Notes: generated from the sequence alone by a model not told the origin. A stretch of 64,000 bases of DNA from Azolla caroliniana (GCA_043228905.1 JBHGNT010000010.1:12028001-12092000); one strand, 5' to 3'; shown: positions 26,903-41,000, counted from the stretch's first letter. Program-made: numbers and translations.

Positions 26903-27458
26903 ATTCGCCTCTTGATGAATGCCAAAAGCAAAAAGTTGCCAAAGACTTTTAACCCTATTAATACCCTCAAGTTTCTCAAGTGTCTTCAAAGATAAACTAA
27001 ATGTATTATTGCAGATTGCAAGAAAATTAATCTTTTGTAAGCTTTACAATTTTCCCAGCCAAACAACTTTCGAATGAGATGATGGTTTTATAACTAAGGT
27101 ATAAAAGACAAATTAATCAGACAATGATGAATAGATGCATTGAGTTCATTTACCAATAACATAATCACAACACAAGTTCTAAATTGGAGGACCTCACTCT
27201 GTCAGTGAAGAGAAATGATCCATTTTCCACTTTTGATTACCTTGAAGTCATTGGCATTTCTTGCTATTTGAATGAGAAAATTACACACCTTTATACTCAT
27301 TTTATACTGACTTCACCGCATAGACGAGATATCTCAAACCTGATTTGAGAAGGTAGATATATAACGAAATTATGCTTAAGAGACATGCGGCATCCCATCG
27401 GCACATGGGTCAATAATTCGGATACACAAATCTACCAAAACTAAAAACATCAGAACAC

Positions 27459-30295
27459 CTAGCGAAGGAATTGAGATGGATACGGTGTCTGAGAGGCAAG
27501 CCCGTTGCCATAAGGGTAACCTGAGTAGCCTCCTGCAGGCAAACCAGAATAGGCAGAAGGTGCAGTAGGATACGCTGATGCTGACATCATATCGGCAGAA
27601 TAGAGATACGAATTTGGAATCGAACCAGGGCTTCTAGTATCAGTCCCATAAATAGAGCTATAATTCGCTTGTGGCCTTCTATCATAGGCTGATCCAAAAG
27701 GTGGTATTGTGGATGCAGTTGCATACTGCCCTCGATCAGTAGACATCTGTTGAGGAAGAGATGATGGCCCTTGAGAACCCATACCGAGACGAGGCCTCTT
27801 CTGTTGTTGCGTCTGGGTCTTACTTGGAACTGAGGGCTTCCTCCTATCTGCTTTGGACTTCTCTAATTGAGCAAAACGTTTGTGAAGTCCTTCAGTCGGA
27901 AATTGATCAGCCAATTTGTACTCTTCCACAGCTTTCAAAACCGCTCTTACTGCAGACAGCTCCTTCATCATTGATTCATGCTGTACTCAGACACCATTCA
28001 ATAAATGTCAATAAATGTCATTGAATAACACCCATACTACTAGGGTCATATACAGTTCAGTAAACTTCATTGATAGTAATAGCAAAGCAAACCTTTGGAT
28101 TAGCACTGTTCTTGGGTGTCTCTTGAGCAGCTTTGCGAGCTTCCTTCATGTAGGACTTTAGCATAGCCCCTGGGTGGATTTTATCCATAATTCCAAAGTA
28201 ATGAGCAAAACACAAGGCCTCTATCTGCTTACCGTCTTTGCTTAGGGTCTCCACAAAACCTACATGTTCAAATGAAAGATAACCATATATATAAGACATG
28301 CTATAAAACATGTATTCAGGTGTTTAAATAGACCCTTAGGATTCGCCTCTATGAAACAAAATAATGAACAAAACACAGATTACACTGTATTTGCTTAGGA
28401 TTTCCACTATTAGATAATCTACAAATTTTATTCAGATGATTTGAACAAACTACAGCCCTTATTTTCTCAGTCATCCTTTACCAAAAGCATGGTCAAGAAA
28501 AAAGCTAATCAATCAAGTTTCCTTCTCATGCATGGCTTAAAGACAAGAAATGGCACAAAATTACAGGAATTTTACAACATTAATGCATATTTTCAAAACT
28601 TCGAAGCCTTATGCAGCATTTCCATAAAGAGCCCACCTTTTTCCTAAGCCCCAATGTACAAGTGTGAGATTTTAAGGCTTTAATGGAAACAAAGTGTTGA
28701 CAAGCGTATATGAAAATTTCTTAGTTCCAAATTTTGATGGAAAAAAAATTCTGACATACCACTGAGTTTTCTTTGGCTACCACAATTCTATTATGATTTT
28801 GTCATTCCTTACAAATGTTAGTTCATCCCTTAAATGCTCAAACTGTTTCGAGAAATTATATGTGCCATTTGAGAGATTAAATGATCAGTTCATCCCCATT
28901 TTCTCAATTATATGTACTATGTGAGCAAGTATATAGTCAATTCGTCATGCTTTTCTCTCTATAAGGGGGGCTGACCAAGGGCATTTAATGAAAACTTATG
29001 GGAAAACTCAAGGACAAAAGTTCTGGTGTTTGCCCAATTTCAAGACAACAAATAAATTGGATTGAATAGAGGGCGAGAGAGAGAGAGAGAGGACGCCGTT
29101 CACTTCATGAAAAATAATTCAGTTCAAAGACAGATGGATTACCTGGCATTTTGTTTTCAAGGCCAAGCTCCCGGCAAAGAGCAGGAGTCTGCTTACGACG
29201 GCAGACTGCATAAACTAGCTTCAGCATCTCCTCATCCTCGAATTCCGACGAGATACCGAATGTGGCAAGCAACTGAAGGAAAGCTTGTGCATCGAGTGAA
29301 TTCTCAGTACTACCTCCTCCTCCACCATCTAAAGTGGCTGACGCTGAGGATGATAAAGTTGTGGCTGAATCACGTCTCGATTTCCAAAGATCAGCCACTT
29401 TCTTGGCAGCTTCTTTGATGTTGGGCGGCACGACAGGTGGCTCCCCACCCATCCTTCCACCTGTAAGGACTGGGTCTGAAAGCACCTCAGAGAGGCATTC
29501 CATGAGCAGAATACAAGCCCTTCGATTGGTTGATGCACCGGCTTCTTTCGCATGATTGGAGTCAGGTTCAAGGGCGTGATACCCTTCTAATGCATTCAAC
29601 ACAAGCCGGGATGGATCGATTGCACTGTGTAGAGCCACTTTAACCTCGTTGCGTAGAGCTACTATCTCTCTCCTATGGTCAACTATAAACTTCCTGAGAC
29701 CCTCACCATCCATATTCTCGCACAAAGAAACAATATGTGGTCGAGGCCTTACCTTGTTAGACGATTCTTTTCCTTCTTCTTTTTCTTCATCATCTTCTTC
29801 TTCTTCTTCTTCTTCTCCTCCTCCTCCTTCACCCTCATTTCCGGTGTCTTTATCTTCATTCTTCTTCTTCTTCTTCTTTATCTTATTCTCTTTCGCATGA
29901 ATTTCAGCTTTTCCACCTTCAGGCATAGCTTTCGCGGATTCTTCCATGGCCATGATCGATGCATGCTTTTCGGAGGAAAACTTAGGTTTACTGTATTTCT
30001 CCATCGCAGCTTCTTGCTGTTCATGGAGGCGAGCTAAGGAAGCTTCCTCCCTCACAGGGATGGCTTCTTCTCTGCGATCGAGAGCCTGAGACATGGCCAT
30101 ATTCTTTTCTTTAAATTCTTTCTCTTTGGCATCCAGCTCTTCGAGCTTCAAGACCAGAGATCGATCGATTTCGGCAATGAAGGAATCCAGGTCTTTCCAT
30201 TCAGAAGTGTATGTGGAGAGAAGTTCTTTGTAGCTGTCGAGCTCTATGATTGCTTTCTCAGCTCGCTCCTTCGCCGAGCACAGAGATGACGCCAT
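27459..30295 (-). CDS. FRIGIDA-like protein (FRL3-like), 3 exons, about 613 aa
   Basis: Exons 30295-29143, 28259-28093 and 27980-27459, GT-AG and phase-consistent, 1842 nt. Frigida-domain motifs: LCENMDGEGLRKFI, DPSRLVLNALEGY, RRACILLMECL, AQAFLQLLATFGI, RRKQTPALCRELGL, GKQIEAL, KELSAVRAVLKAVEEYKL. Confidence 0.93.
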
Positions 30296-30296
30296 A

Positions 30297-30551
30297 GCTT
30301 CTTCTTCTTCTTCTTCTTCTTCTTACTACTCCTCCTGCTGCTGCTGCTGCTGTTGCAGAGGAAGCGAGATTACGATTTTGCTTGCGTTTCCACAGAAGGA
30401 GAAGGAGAAGGAGAAGGAGAAGGGTTATGGGTTTGGGTTTATTGGTTTCTTGGCAGGGAAGCGGGATTAGGGTTGCGCCATGTTTGGGTTGGTTTGGTCA
30501 GGTCAAGATTAGGGTTTCCCTTAAGAGGAAAACAAAAACAGTTGAAACCAC

Positions 30552-30590
<39 letters not shown>

Positions 30591-30606
30591 GGGTATGTGT
30601 GTGTGT
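30297..30606. repeat. Microsatellite cluster (TCT, CTG, GAGAAG, GA, GT) immediately upstream of the FRL start codon
   Basis: Seen directly in the sequence. Confidence 0.85.
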
Positions 30607-30709
30607 AGTGGACCAAGCAAGGCTCAAGCAAGCAAGCCCATCCTTTTCTCCTTTTTTTTCCTTTTGTTATTTCGGCTTTTTCCAGGCTTCGGCTTCGGCT
30701 TTGGCAGGT

Positions 30710-33196
30710 ACGAGGAGATGGAGAAGTTTGGACGGAAGGTGAGGCCATTCGTGGCACCCTTACCAGAGGACATCTGGGAGCAAATGAAGGGGGTCGTGAC
30801 CCACCCAAGTCTACAAGAACTAGTCGGCATAGGGCATCGGGTCACCGACGAAACATTGCGGAAGTTGAAGATCGGTGGGGGTGGCTTTTTACTACCGACG
30901 GAGGAGGACCGGTTCCGGAGAATGCTCGAAAGGCATGAAAAAGCCTTTACATTCTCGTTAGCAGAGATCGGGTGTGTCGACCCGACCATCGTCGAACCAA
31001 TAGTGATATTCATGGTACCGCATGTACCGTAGAACCTGAAGTCGATTCCGGTGCCGAGGTCTCACATCCCGAAGTACGACATAGGGATCCTCGAACCGTC
31101 AAATGCCCCTTATTCGAAGCAGTGGTTCACTATGCTGAAGAAGAACGCCACATTGTGCTTCATTCAGGACCTGCATCCGGTCAACAAGGTGACCATTTGA
31201 AATGTAGGAGTCGGCATGACGATCAATGGATTCCCAGAGGCCTTCGCCGGAAGGTCGATCTACTCGGTCGATGACTTGTAACTAGCCATCGAAAGCAGGG
31301 ACATCACGACGATGTAGACACCTCTCGCCTTAGTTCGGATGTGTATCGTGCCTCAAGTAGGCACGAATTCGGTGGAACACATGGTGAATGCAATGAACAA
31401 GGTGTTGAGGGACTACATCCCAGACATCACCATGACATTCTTGGATGACATCCCAATAAAGGGGTGTTTGGAGGATGCGAAGGACGAGTCAGCCGGAGAG
31501 GATGGGTATCGGAAGTTCACGGCTGACCACATCACCGACTGTGAAAAGATACTAGAGAGATTGAAAGGGGCGCACCTAACCTTCTCAGGAGAGAAATCCG
31601 CATTCGGGAAATCAGAGATCTTGGTGGTCGGACACTTGTGCGGGCCATATGGCCGAAAACCGCCTCCGGCAAAGATCGAGGCCATCTCGGCGATGAAAGA
31701 GGTATGCAGGTTGACCGCGGAGGTTCAACGGTTCTTAGGGGCCTGGGTCTTTTTTACCACATATGGATCCCACACTACATGCATATTGTAGAGCTGCTAT
31801 ATGGCTTGCTGAAGAAAGGGCAGAGGTTTGAGTGGAGAGAAGAGCACTCAGAGGCGGTTCAGAGATTAAAGGGGATGTTGACATCGGCACCGGCCCTCCG
31901 GAAGGCAATATATGGGAAGGACTCTCCGATTTTCGTCACGGTCGATACGAGCTCGATCGGAATCGGATGGGTAATCAACCAAGAGGATGAAACTGAAACG
32001 TGGTTCACCATCCGATTCGGAGCAAAGGTCCTAAGCGGCAACGAGGATACGCCCAAGTTAAGCGCGAACTATGGGGTACCATTTCAACAGTAAAGGCCGA
32101 CAAAGACGACTTAATCGGGATAGAGGTGATAACCAAGACAGACTACCTCTCGATTCTCGGAATGGTATCCGGATGCGCGACTCCGGACCTAGAGATGCCT
32201 AGGTGGATCGTGTACATTAAGTCCCTCGATTTGGAGATACGGGACATCTCCGGAAAGGACAACGCCATGCCCAACATGCTATCAAGAACACGGTACAATA
32301 ATGAAGACGACATGGTGTCTGAAGATGAAGAAGTCAGTGTGGACTTCTTCGAGTCGCCTCGACTTTCGATGAACGAGCAAAGCACTCCGGCCCTACACAG
32401 GTTCAATGAGGATAACTTTAATGGGGAGTGGCTTTGAATCGGGAGATTTTTGAGCACAATGACAACAGATGCAACGTGGACAAAGGAAGAAGTTGGTTGG
32501 ATCCGGAGGAAGGCTTACAAGTTCTTCTTATGAGACGAGGTGATCTGGCAACACTTGAAGAACTGGAAAGGCACGCCACTCCAGGTGGTGACGAAGAGGG
32601 AAGACCAGTCGGTGCTATTGTCGGAGTTCCATGAGAGCCCTTGGTCTGGACATCGAGGGACTTGGGCCACGTTCGAGAATCTAAAGGAAAGGTACTGGTG
32701 GCTAGGGATGTACAGGGATGTGCACCACTTTGTGTCGACATGCGAGAACTACCAAATGCATTCGGCGGTTCGACATCGCAATGAGTTGCACCCGACTTAT
32801 CTGTCGACCATTCACTTTAAGTGGATGGTTGACTTAGTGACAATGCCGATGGGGGTGGAGCAGATGCGGTACCTGGTGCTTGTGAGAGAGGATCTAATGA
32901 ACCAAATGGAGGGCCAAGCATTAACAAACAAGTGAACTGTAGCAATATGTTGATTCCTAATCAAGGATGTAATATGCCGGTACGGGTGTGTTAGGAAGAT
33001 CGTGGCTCACCAAGGGGAACTAAACGCGCAAGAAGCCGAGGAGCTATTTGATCGACTAGGGGTCAAGATTTCCCTCATGGTGGCGTACAATCCGGAGGCC
33101 AACAGGAAGGTCGAGAGAGGACACGGGCCGATTGTCAAGGCGATAGTGCGAGCCTGCGACGAACGGGTCGGGAACTGGCTAAGACTTCTACCTTAT
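30710..33196 (+). mobile_element. Gypsy A: decayed Ty3/gypsy pol (RT-RH-INT), same family as gypsy E
   Basis: KIGGGGFLLPTEEDRFRRML, GTNSVEHMVNAMNKVLRD, FLDDIPIKG, GHRGTWATFE and YNPEANRKVERGH. No LTR seen. Interrupted by the copia B LTR at 33197. Confidence 0.9.
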
Positions 33197-33839
33197 TGTT
33201 GGGAATTCAGTCCCTTCGGATGAGAATCGGACAAACCGGATTAGACGAGCCGAAGGAAAGAACCGGACCAGATGGATCCAGAAGATATCCAGTCAGACAT
33301 TAGTTTATGTATATGTTCCGATGTGACTGTTTCAGGCCGTATTTGTAAATAGCCCATAAGTTATATGAGTATAAATATAACTAGGGCAAACAATAGTATT
33401 GTGTGTAGTTGATATAGAAGTTGTACAGAGACAGACAAACAAACAGACAGAAAGCTCTTTCTGTTCTAACCGCTGGTTGGCGAAGATACAGAGCTCGAGG
33501 TCGTTGCCTTTGAGTCTCATTCTATTGTACCCCTCCTCTATAATGATCCTGTTCGGAGTTAGAGAGCTCCCATGGTTTTCCCTGATTAGGGTTTCCACGT
33601 TAATATCCAGTGTTGACCCATTTGTGTGTGTAAGTGCATTAATCTTTATTTCTGTTCTGTTTCTTCCATTGTGATTGAGACTCGGTTGTGGCCGAGCACT
33701 ATTTGCAACAAATTGGTATAAGAGCGAAGTTCTAAACTTCAAAAAGAAGAAGAAGGAAGACTCATTCGACGACATTTTCAAGCTCACTGGCTCCAACTAC
33801 CTAGTATGGAAGTCGAAGATGAGGAACATGTTGGTGGTC

Positions 33840-33980
33840 AAAGATCTCTGGTTGCCGGTACAGTTTGGGGACAAAAGTAATGCCACGACAAAGATCTCTG
33901 GTTGCCGGTACAGTTTGGGTACAGTTTGGGGTCAAAGATCTCTGGTTGCCGGTACAGTTTGGGTACAGTTTGGGTACAGT
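33840..33980 (+). repeat. Nested short tandem duplications in copia B gag
   Basis: AAAGATCTCTGGTTGCCGGTACAGTTTGGG occurs three times, with extra 11-bp GTACAGTTTGG units. Confidence 0.9.
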
Positions 33981-35041
33981 CCGAACAAGATCGATGCCAC
34001 GACCTGGAAAGTAATGCACATGAAAACGACGACATACATTCGATGCTTCATCAACATGAGCCTATACAATAACTATAATGAAGAGAACAAGGCCAATAAG
34101 CTTTGGGAGAAGATCGACACGATTTTGGAGAACAAGAGCATCGTAAATCGGGTCTCAATATTCTGGAAGATAGTGAGGCTCCGGTATCAAGACATCGCTA
34201 TCATGGCAGAGCATATGAATGTGTTTAAGGGGCTGATAAACCAGACTACCTTGCTCGAAGTATTGTTAGCCGACAAGGTACCAGCATTGTTATTGCTTCA
34301 GTCCCTTCTGGATAGTTGGGAGACATTGGTTGCCACTATGGGCAATGCCGGACTAGAAGGAAAGAACCTATCCCTGGCGAGAGTGAAGTCAAGTTGGCTA
34401 AACGAAGAAGCTCGACGGAAGGATCGGGAGTCCAGAACCGATCCGAAGGCCTTGGTTACGGAAGACAACCATAACCGGGGAAGAGGCCCCAAAACCGGGA
34501 CAAATCGAGTATGAGGTCGAAGTCAAGGAGGAGGCCCACTTGCTTTTGATGCGGAAAGCCAGGGCACTTCTAGAAGAATTGCCAAAACTTCTGGAAAGCC
34601 AAAGGGGGAGCCTACATTTTGGAACCGAAGAAGATTTCGGAAAGAAGAGAAACGTGGGCAATCATGACAAGTGAAGAAGAACTGTTGCTAATCACTGAGG
34701 AGAGTGAGCTGCATCTTGTTAGCAACGAAACAACGTGGGTGGTCAATTCTGGTGCGTCGTTCCATCTGACCCCCAATTGGAAGTGCTTCTCATCCTATAG
34801 AGCCGGAGATCATGGTTGTGTCTGAATAGGGAATGAAGGTGCATGCCGATTTGTCGGCATAGGAGACGTGTTGTTTACGACGTCAACCAGGTGCAAGATG
34901 TTGTTGAAAGGTGTCTGACACGTTTCGGAGGTTCGGTTGAACCTGATATCAGCCGGTCGGTTGGATGATTAGGGCTACATGGGTAGCATCCAAAACAGAG
35001 TAATGAAGTTTTGTAAAGGGAACTTGGTCGTGGCTCAAACC

Positions 35042-35623
35042 TGGAAGATCAACACATTGTACCAAATGCATGCTCAGATATGCCAGGAAGAAGTGAACCT
35101 GATATCCAACACTATCGGTGAGCTATGGCACAAGAGGTTGTGCCACATGAGGCAGAACAGGATGTACAGACTTGCCGAGGATAACCTCATTCCGGAGGTG
35201 AAAGATGTGCAGCTTGAGAAGTGCACCGATTGCTTGGAAGATCAACACATTGTACCAAATGCATGCTCAGATATGCCAGGAAGAAGTGAACCTGATATCC
35301 AACACTATCGGTGAGCTATGGCACAAGAGGTTGTGCCACATGAGGCAGAACAGGATGTACAGACTTGCCGAGGATAACCTCATTCCGGAGGTGAAAGATG
35401 TGCAGCTTGAGAAGTGCACCGATTGCTTGGAAGATCAACACATTGTACCAAATGCATACTCGGATATGCCAGGAAGAAGTGAACCTGATATCCGACACTA
35501 TCGGTGAGCTATGGCACAAGAGGTTGTGCCACATGAGGCAGAACAGGATGTACAGACTTGCCGAGGATAACCTCATTCCGGAGGTGAAAGATGTGCAGCT
35601 TGAGAAGTGCACCGATTGCTTGG
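35042..35623 (+). repeat. 193-bp unit tandemly triplicated in copia B
   Basis: TGGAAGATCAACACATTGTACC starts at 35042, 35235 and 35428. The copies are nearly identical. Confidence 0.95.
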
Positions 35624-37664
35624 TTGGCAAGTAGAACCGAACCTCTTACTGAACCCAACCACCGATAAGATGGAAAGAACCGTTGGAATTTGTGCATACC
35701 GATGTATGCCAAGTGGACATGAAGTCACATGCCGGATCGAAGTTGTTCGTGACATTCATAGATGATCACAACCGGAAGTTGTGGGTCTCACCGCTGAAGA
35801 CAAAGGATCAGGTATTGACCGTCTTCAAGGAGTTCCATGCGAGAGTGGAAAGAGAAACCGGTCGAAAGCTAAAGGCAGTTCAAGCCAACAATGGTGGAGA
35901 GTATCGGGGGCAGTTCAAGGAATATTGTCGGTCAAAAGGAATCCAACTCAAATTCACCATGCCAAAGACACCAGAACTGAACGGATTGGCCGAAAGGATG
36001 AACCAGACTATGATGGAGAGAGTTCGGAGCATGCTTGCACATGCCAACCTATCCAAGATGTTTTGGGTGTAGGCGTTAATGACAACGACATATGTGATAA
36101 ATAGATCACCCTCAACACCCTTGGGTGAAGACACACCACATAGAGTATGGACCGGTAAAGACGTGTCTTACCGACACATGAAGGTGTTCGGTTGTCTCAC
36201 CTACGTACATGTGGCAAACGACAAGAGAGAAAAAATTGGATCCGAAGTCTCAACCATGCATTTTCCTTGGATACGATGATGATGAGTTCGGCTACCGAGT
36301 GTTGGACTTGGTCGACAAGAAAGTCTTTCAGAGTCGAGACATAGTCTTCATAGAAGACAATACCATTGCCGATTGGGAATCGGAGAAGAAGATAATGGAC
36401 TCCGGGTTGATTGACAGAGATCGATTGGAAGAGCAAGGACACATCCGGTCAAAAGCCGGATGTCAGCCGAAGACCATAATGAACCGGTTGGATTTGGACA
36501 AAGAACCAAACCGACCAAAGAAGAATCGGACACTGGAATCGGACAAGACCCTGAATCAGATTCAGATGAAGAATAGACGAAGGATCTGGTAGTCGTAAAC
36601 CAAGGATGGAGATACCCTCTAAGAGAGAGAAGGCCCCCCTAGAGATTTCTAGATGCAGATCATGTTTTACTGACCGATGAGGGGGAGCCGGAAAGCTTCG
36701 AATAAGCAAAGAAAGACACTACAACTGTAAGTGGTTAAGTGTCATGTAGGATGAGATGGATTTCTTGCATGAGAGCCACACATATGAATTGACAAAGCTG
36801 CCGAAAGGAAAGAGAGCACTCCAGAACAAGTGGGTATACAAGCTAAAACCGGAAATCCACCGAGATACAAAGCCTGCATTGTGGTGAGGGCTTCCAACAG
36901 AAAAAAGGAGTGGATTTTGATGAGATCTTTCCCTTGGTAGTGAAGATGATATCCATCCGGACGGTGTTGAGCATAGCGGCAAGCATGGACCTTAATGTAG
37001 AGCAACTAGACGTCAAGACGACGTTCCTACATGGCAACCTCAAAGAAGAGATCTACATGCAACAATCGGATGGATTTGTCAAGAAAGGGAAGGAGCACCA
37101 TGTGTGCCAGTTGAAGAAGAGCTTGTATGGACTGAAGCAAGCTCCCCGGCAATGGTACCAGAAGTTCGACTCCTTCATGACCGACCAAGGATACCACAAG
37201 ACGTAGGCCGACCACTGCATATTTTTGAAGAAGTTCGATGGAGGAGCTCCCTAATACTGTTGCTGTACGTGGACAATATGCTGATCGTCGGATGGGACCG
37301 TATCAAAATTGGGATGCTGAAGAAGGCCTTCAACCGGTCATTAGCAATGAAAGATATGGGTCCGACAAAGTAGAGATTGGGGATGCACATGGTCCGAGAC
37401 TGGACGAAGAAGCAGTTGTGGCTATCACATGAAAAGTACATGACAAAGGTGCTTCAACGGTTCAACATGACGGATGCTAGTTGGGTCGACACTTCTGACA
37501 AATTGCAAGTTGTCTAGGAAACAGAGCCCGAAGACAAAGGTAGAGAAGTCGGAAATGATGAAGATACCATATGCCCCTCTATCGTCGGAAGTTTGATGTA
37601 CGCTATGGTATGCACATGATCGGATATCGGATATGCAGTCGGAGTGGTCAGCCGGTTCATGAGC

Positions 37665-38016
37665 CATTGTTGTAAAATACTTAACATAAAATACGCGTAC
37701 AATACGTATTCTAAGTATTCTACAAGTATTCTAACTTCTTTTTTTTAAATACTTAGAATACGTATTTTATAGATAAAGTACGTTAAATACGTTAAATACT
37801 TAGAATACGTGTAGAATACTTGTAAAATACGTTAAATACTTCTTAAAATTTAAAGTTTTTTTTTCAAAAAAAGAAAATATTTTTTGAAATGATAAATACT
37901 TGTTAAATACGTTGAATATGTCAAATTTTAAAAAACGGCAATTCTAAAACGTAGAATACTTCAGAGTATTCTAAAACATACTCTAAACGTAGAATACACG
38001 TTTTTTAACAATTATG
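37665..38016. mobile_element. hAT-type MITE (352 bp) in copia B RT
   Basis: 8-bp TSD TCATGAGC (37657-37664 and 38017-38024). Imperfect TIRs CATTGTTGTAAAATAC and GTTTTTTAACAATTATG. AT-rich interior with many AATAC/TACGT motifs. Confidence 0.88.
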
Positions 38017-41000
38017 TCATGAGCAATCCGGGAAAGGACCACTAGGCAGTCGTCAAGTGGATACTCCGGTACTTGAAAGGCACTTTGAATATGTGCCTCT
38101 GATTTGGCTTGGGTAAACCCCTATTGTAAGGCTTCACGAATTCAGACATGTCAGTTGATGCAGATAACATCCGGTCAACGTCCAAATATGTTATGACTTA
38201 TGCAGGGGGAGCCGTATCGTGGCAGTCGAGGATGCAGAAGTCTGTTGCACCATCGACAACGAAGCAGAGTACATGGCAACCGTGGAAGCTGGCAAGGAAG
38301 TCATCTGGATGAAGGACTCCATCGGAGAGCTAGGAATCCGGTAGGAGGAATATCGGCTCTACAACGATAGTCAAAGTGCCATTCACCTTGCAAAGAAGGT
38401 GGCCTACCACTCCCGAACCAAGCACATCTAGAGGAGATATTGGCTCTGGGAGAAGGTAGAACATAAAGAGTTTTCGCTGACAAAGATCCATATAGAGGAG
38501 AACAGGTCAGACATGCTAACCAAGGTACTGCCAGTCGACAAGCTGGACGCATGTTGGAAACAGATTGGATTGACAAGACATCCCATGCCTGAGTGAAGGG
38601 GGAGTTTGTCGGGAATTTAGTCCCTCCGTATGGGATCCGGATGAGAATGGATTGCCACAGCTTGCTTGGAATTGGTAATGGTTCTAATAAACCATATGGA
38701 TGATGCCTTGGCATATTTTCTCTACAACATGTATCACAAGTTTGAACAAAATCTTCGACCAATTGTTGCATACGGGGCCACCAGAATGATCGTTGTACTA
38801 AATCTAATGTTTTAGTACTACCAAAATGCCCAACTGTATATATGTCATGATATTTTTGGACTACTCGAAGGCGACAAGAACCATTAGGAACATACAAGAG
38901 TTTCTTAAAGAATAGTAATCCATCATGACATTCGAATTGTGGATAGTCCGTACGTGGTTGTTGCGATTGTGAACAAGATGCTTGAGAGGGATCAATTTGT
39001 GCTAGAATGGCTTGGGTGAAAGCATTTGTCTTCAAGTCCTCACGTATGGTATCGATAACGTGGGAATCCAAGGGCATACCGAAGACCTGCGTTGCCTGCA
39101 TTCATGCCGGTCCCAAGATTACTTGCTTTTGGTTATCGAAAGTTGGCTCGCCATGACGTGGTGCTAGATATGAGCGCCGTGATAATGCATCTGCCTTCCC
39201 TTGTTGCTTCCCCGGATGATATGTAATTTTGAAGTCGAAACGAGTGAGGAATTGGGCCCACCGATCTTGACGTCAATTTAACACATGAGCATTCTAAAAG
39301 TAGGCAAGGTTTTTGTGATCACTGAATACGGTGACTTGATGAAACGGTCCCTCTAGAAAATGCCTCCATTGCATAAAAGAGTCCACTATTGCTAATAGCT
39401 CCTTATCATTAATTTCATGGTTGACTTCGGCGGCGTCAAACTTGCATGAATGGAAAGCCACAGGATGCAGCTTTTCATCATTGTCGTGTTGTGAAAGAAT
39501 GTTACCCAAGGCGAAATCCGACACGTCTGCTTCAATGATGAATGGTTTTTTCGGATCAACATGAGCTAGAATAGGAGCTAATGTAAATGCCTTCTTAAGA
39601 CTCTCAAAAGGCATGTCTGCTTCTTCAGACCAAATGAACGATTGTCCCTTCCTGGTATGTTGTGTGAGAGGTAGAACAAGCTTTGAGTAATCCTGTATAA
39701 ACTTGCAACAGAAATTGGCAAAGCCTAAAAAGCATTGCATATCTCGCAACGAACGCAGAGTCTGTCACTCTACCACTGTTTTGACCTTTGCTGGATCCAT
39801 GGAGATGCCTTCCGAGGAAATGACATAGCCCAGAAATTCTACCTGGTTGCACCCGAAACTACATTTTTCAAGCTTTGCATAAAGACCATGTTCTCGAAGT
39901 CGTTTTAGTACTAACAATACATGAGAATCATGCTCTTCTTGGGTCTTCAAATAAACCAGTAGATCATCCAAATAGATGATCAAACAAACATCCAAGAGAT
40001 CTTGGAATATATCATTTGCCATGTGCTTGAAGACTGTTTGCGCATTAGTGAGGCCGAATGGCATGACCGTATACTCGAAGTGCCCATATCTGGTGTGAAA
40101 CATGGTCTTCCATTCATCTCCTGGTCGGATCCATACGAGGTTATATGCTCCTCGTAAGTCGATCTTTGTGAAGAACCTTGCACCATTGATCCGTTCTAAA
40201 AGACTTGAGATAAGGGGAAGTGCATACCTATTCCTGATGGTGACCTTATTCAAGCCACGATAATCTACGACGAGACGAAGTGATCCATCCTTTTTCTTGA
40301 CGAAGAAAATGGGTGTGCTGACTGGAGATTTCGAATGTCGAATGAAACCATTTGCCAAATTCTCCTCTATATAGGCTTGAAGGACTTCTAGCTCGGTTGG
40401 TGAAAAATTGTAGATTGGTTCCCATGGTGGCTCTTTTCCCAGTTGTAAATCGATGGGGCAATCATACGGTCGATGGTGAGGAAGCGTATTGGCTTGTACT
40501 TTATTGAACACATCGACATAATGATGATACTTCTTTGGAAGTTGAATGGTGGACTCCTCTTTAGTGGTGTTGGAGGGTTTACTGATATCGCGAAGAGAAA
40601 CATTTCTTCCTTGCGTCCTTCCTCATGCATTTGATGTAGCGAAATGGTTGCAATTTGTTGAGCGAGCAAGCTCAACCGGATCCGGATCGGCTGAATAAGC
40701 TTGAGTTGGATCGGCATCCAGAAGGATGAGTCGGATCGGTATCCAAAAACAACCGGCCGGATCGGGGAGCTGGATCGGAGAGCCGGATTCGAGCAGGAAC
40801 CGGAAGCCTAGTAGTATCCTAGACTACTAGGTAATCATTGTCTCGTAGTTAGTGTCAATCACACGTTGTCGAGTTGTTACACTCTTCGCGTGTGGAAAGA
40901 GGCGGGACCGCAGGGGCCTTGAACTAAGGAGCGTGAGAAAGAAGAGAGAGAGAACAGCTTGCAGAAACACAGCGGGAGGAAGAGAGAGAGAACAAAGTCT

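Larger units (their letters stand above)
33197..38648 (+). mobile_element. Copia B: Ty1/copia (Tork/TNT1-like), decayed, with a complete 5' LTR and truncated 3' LTR
   Basis: 5' LTR 33197-33710 (TGTTG...CAACA). PBS TGGTATAAGAGC 33714-33725. Gag KLTGSNYLVWK, integrase HTDVC and NGLAERMN, RT QLDVKTTFLHG and LLYVDN. PPT at ~38591-38604. The 3' LTR starts at 38607 and stops at ~38648. Confidence 0.93.

Noticed and set aside
29649-30037. Plus-strand poly-Ser/Phe ORFs
   Set aside because: Antisense shadows of the Lys/Glu tract in FRL exon 1.
30382-31032. 216-aa ORF joining Arg/ER repeats to gypsy pol
   Set aside because: A chance fusion of microsatellite translation with a TE frame, and the start codon is not ATG.
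35042-35623. Regularly spaced repeats as a possible CRISPR array
   Set aside because: Whole units are repeated with no unique spacers, in a eukaryotic retrotransposon context.
40807-40831. CCTAGTAGT-N7-ACTACTAGG hairpin in both copia D LTRs
   Set aside because: A short stem inside an LTR with no evidence for a role. It is not a terminator in this context.
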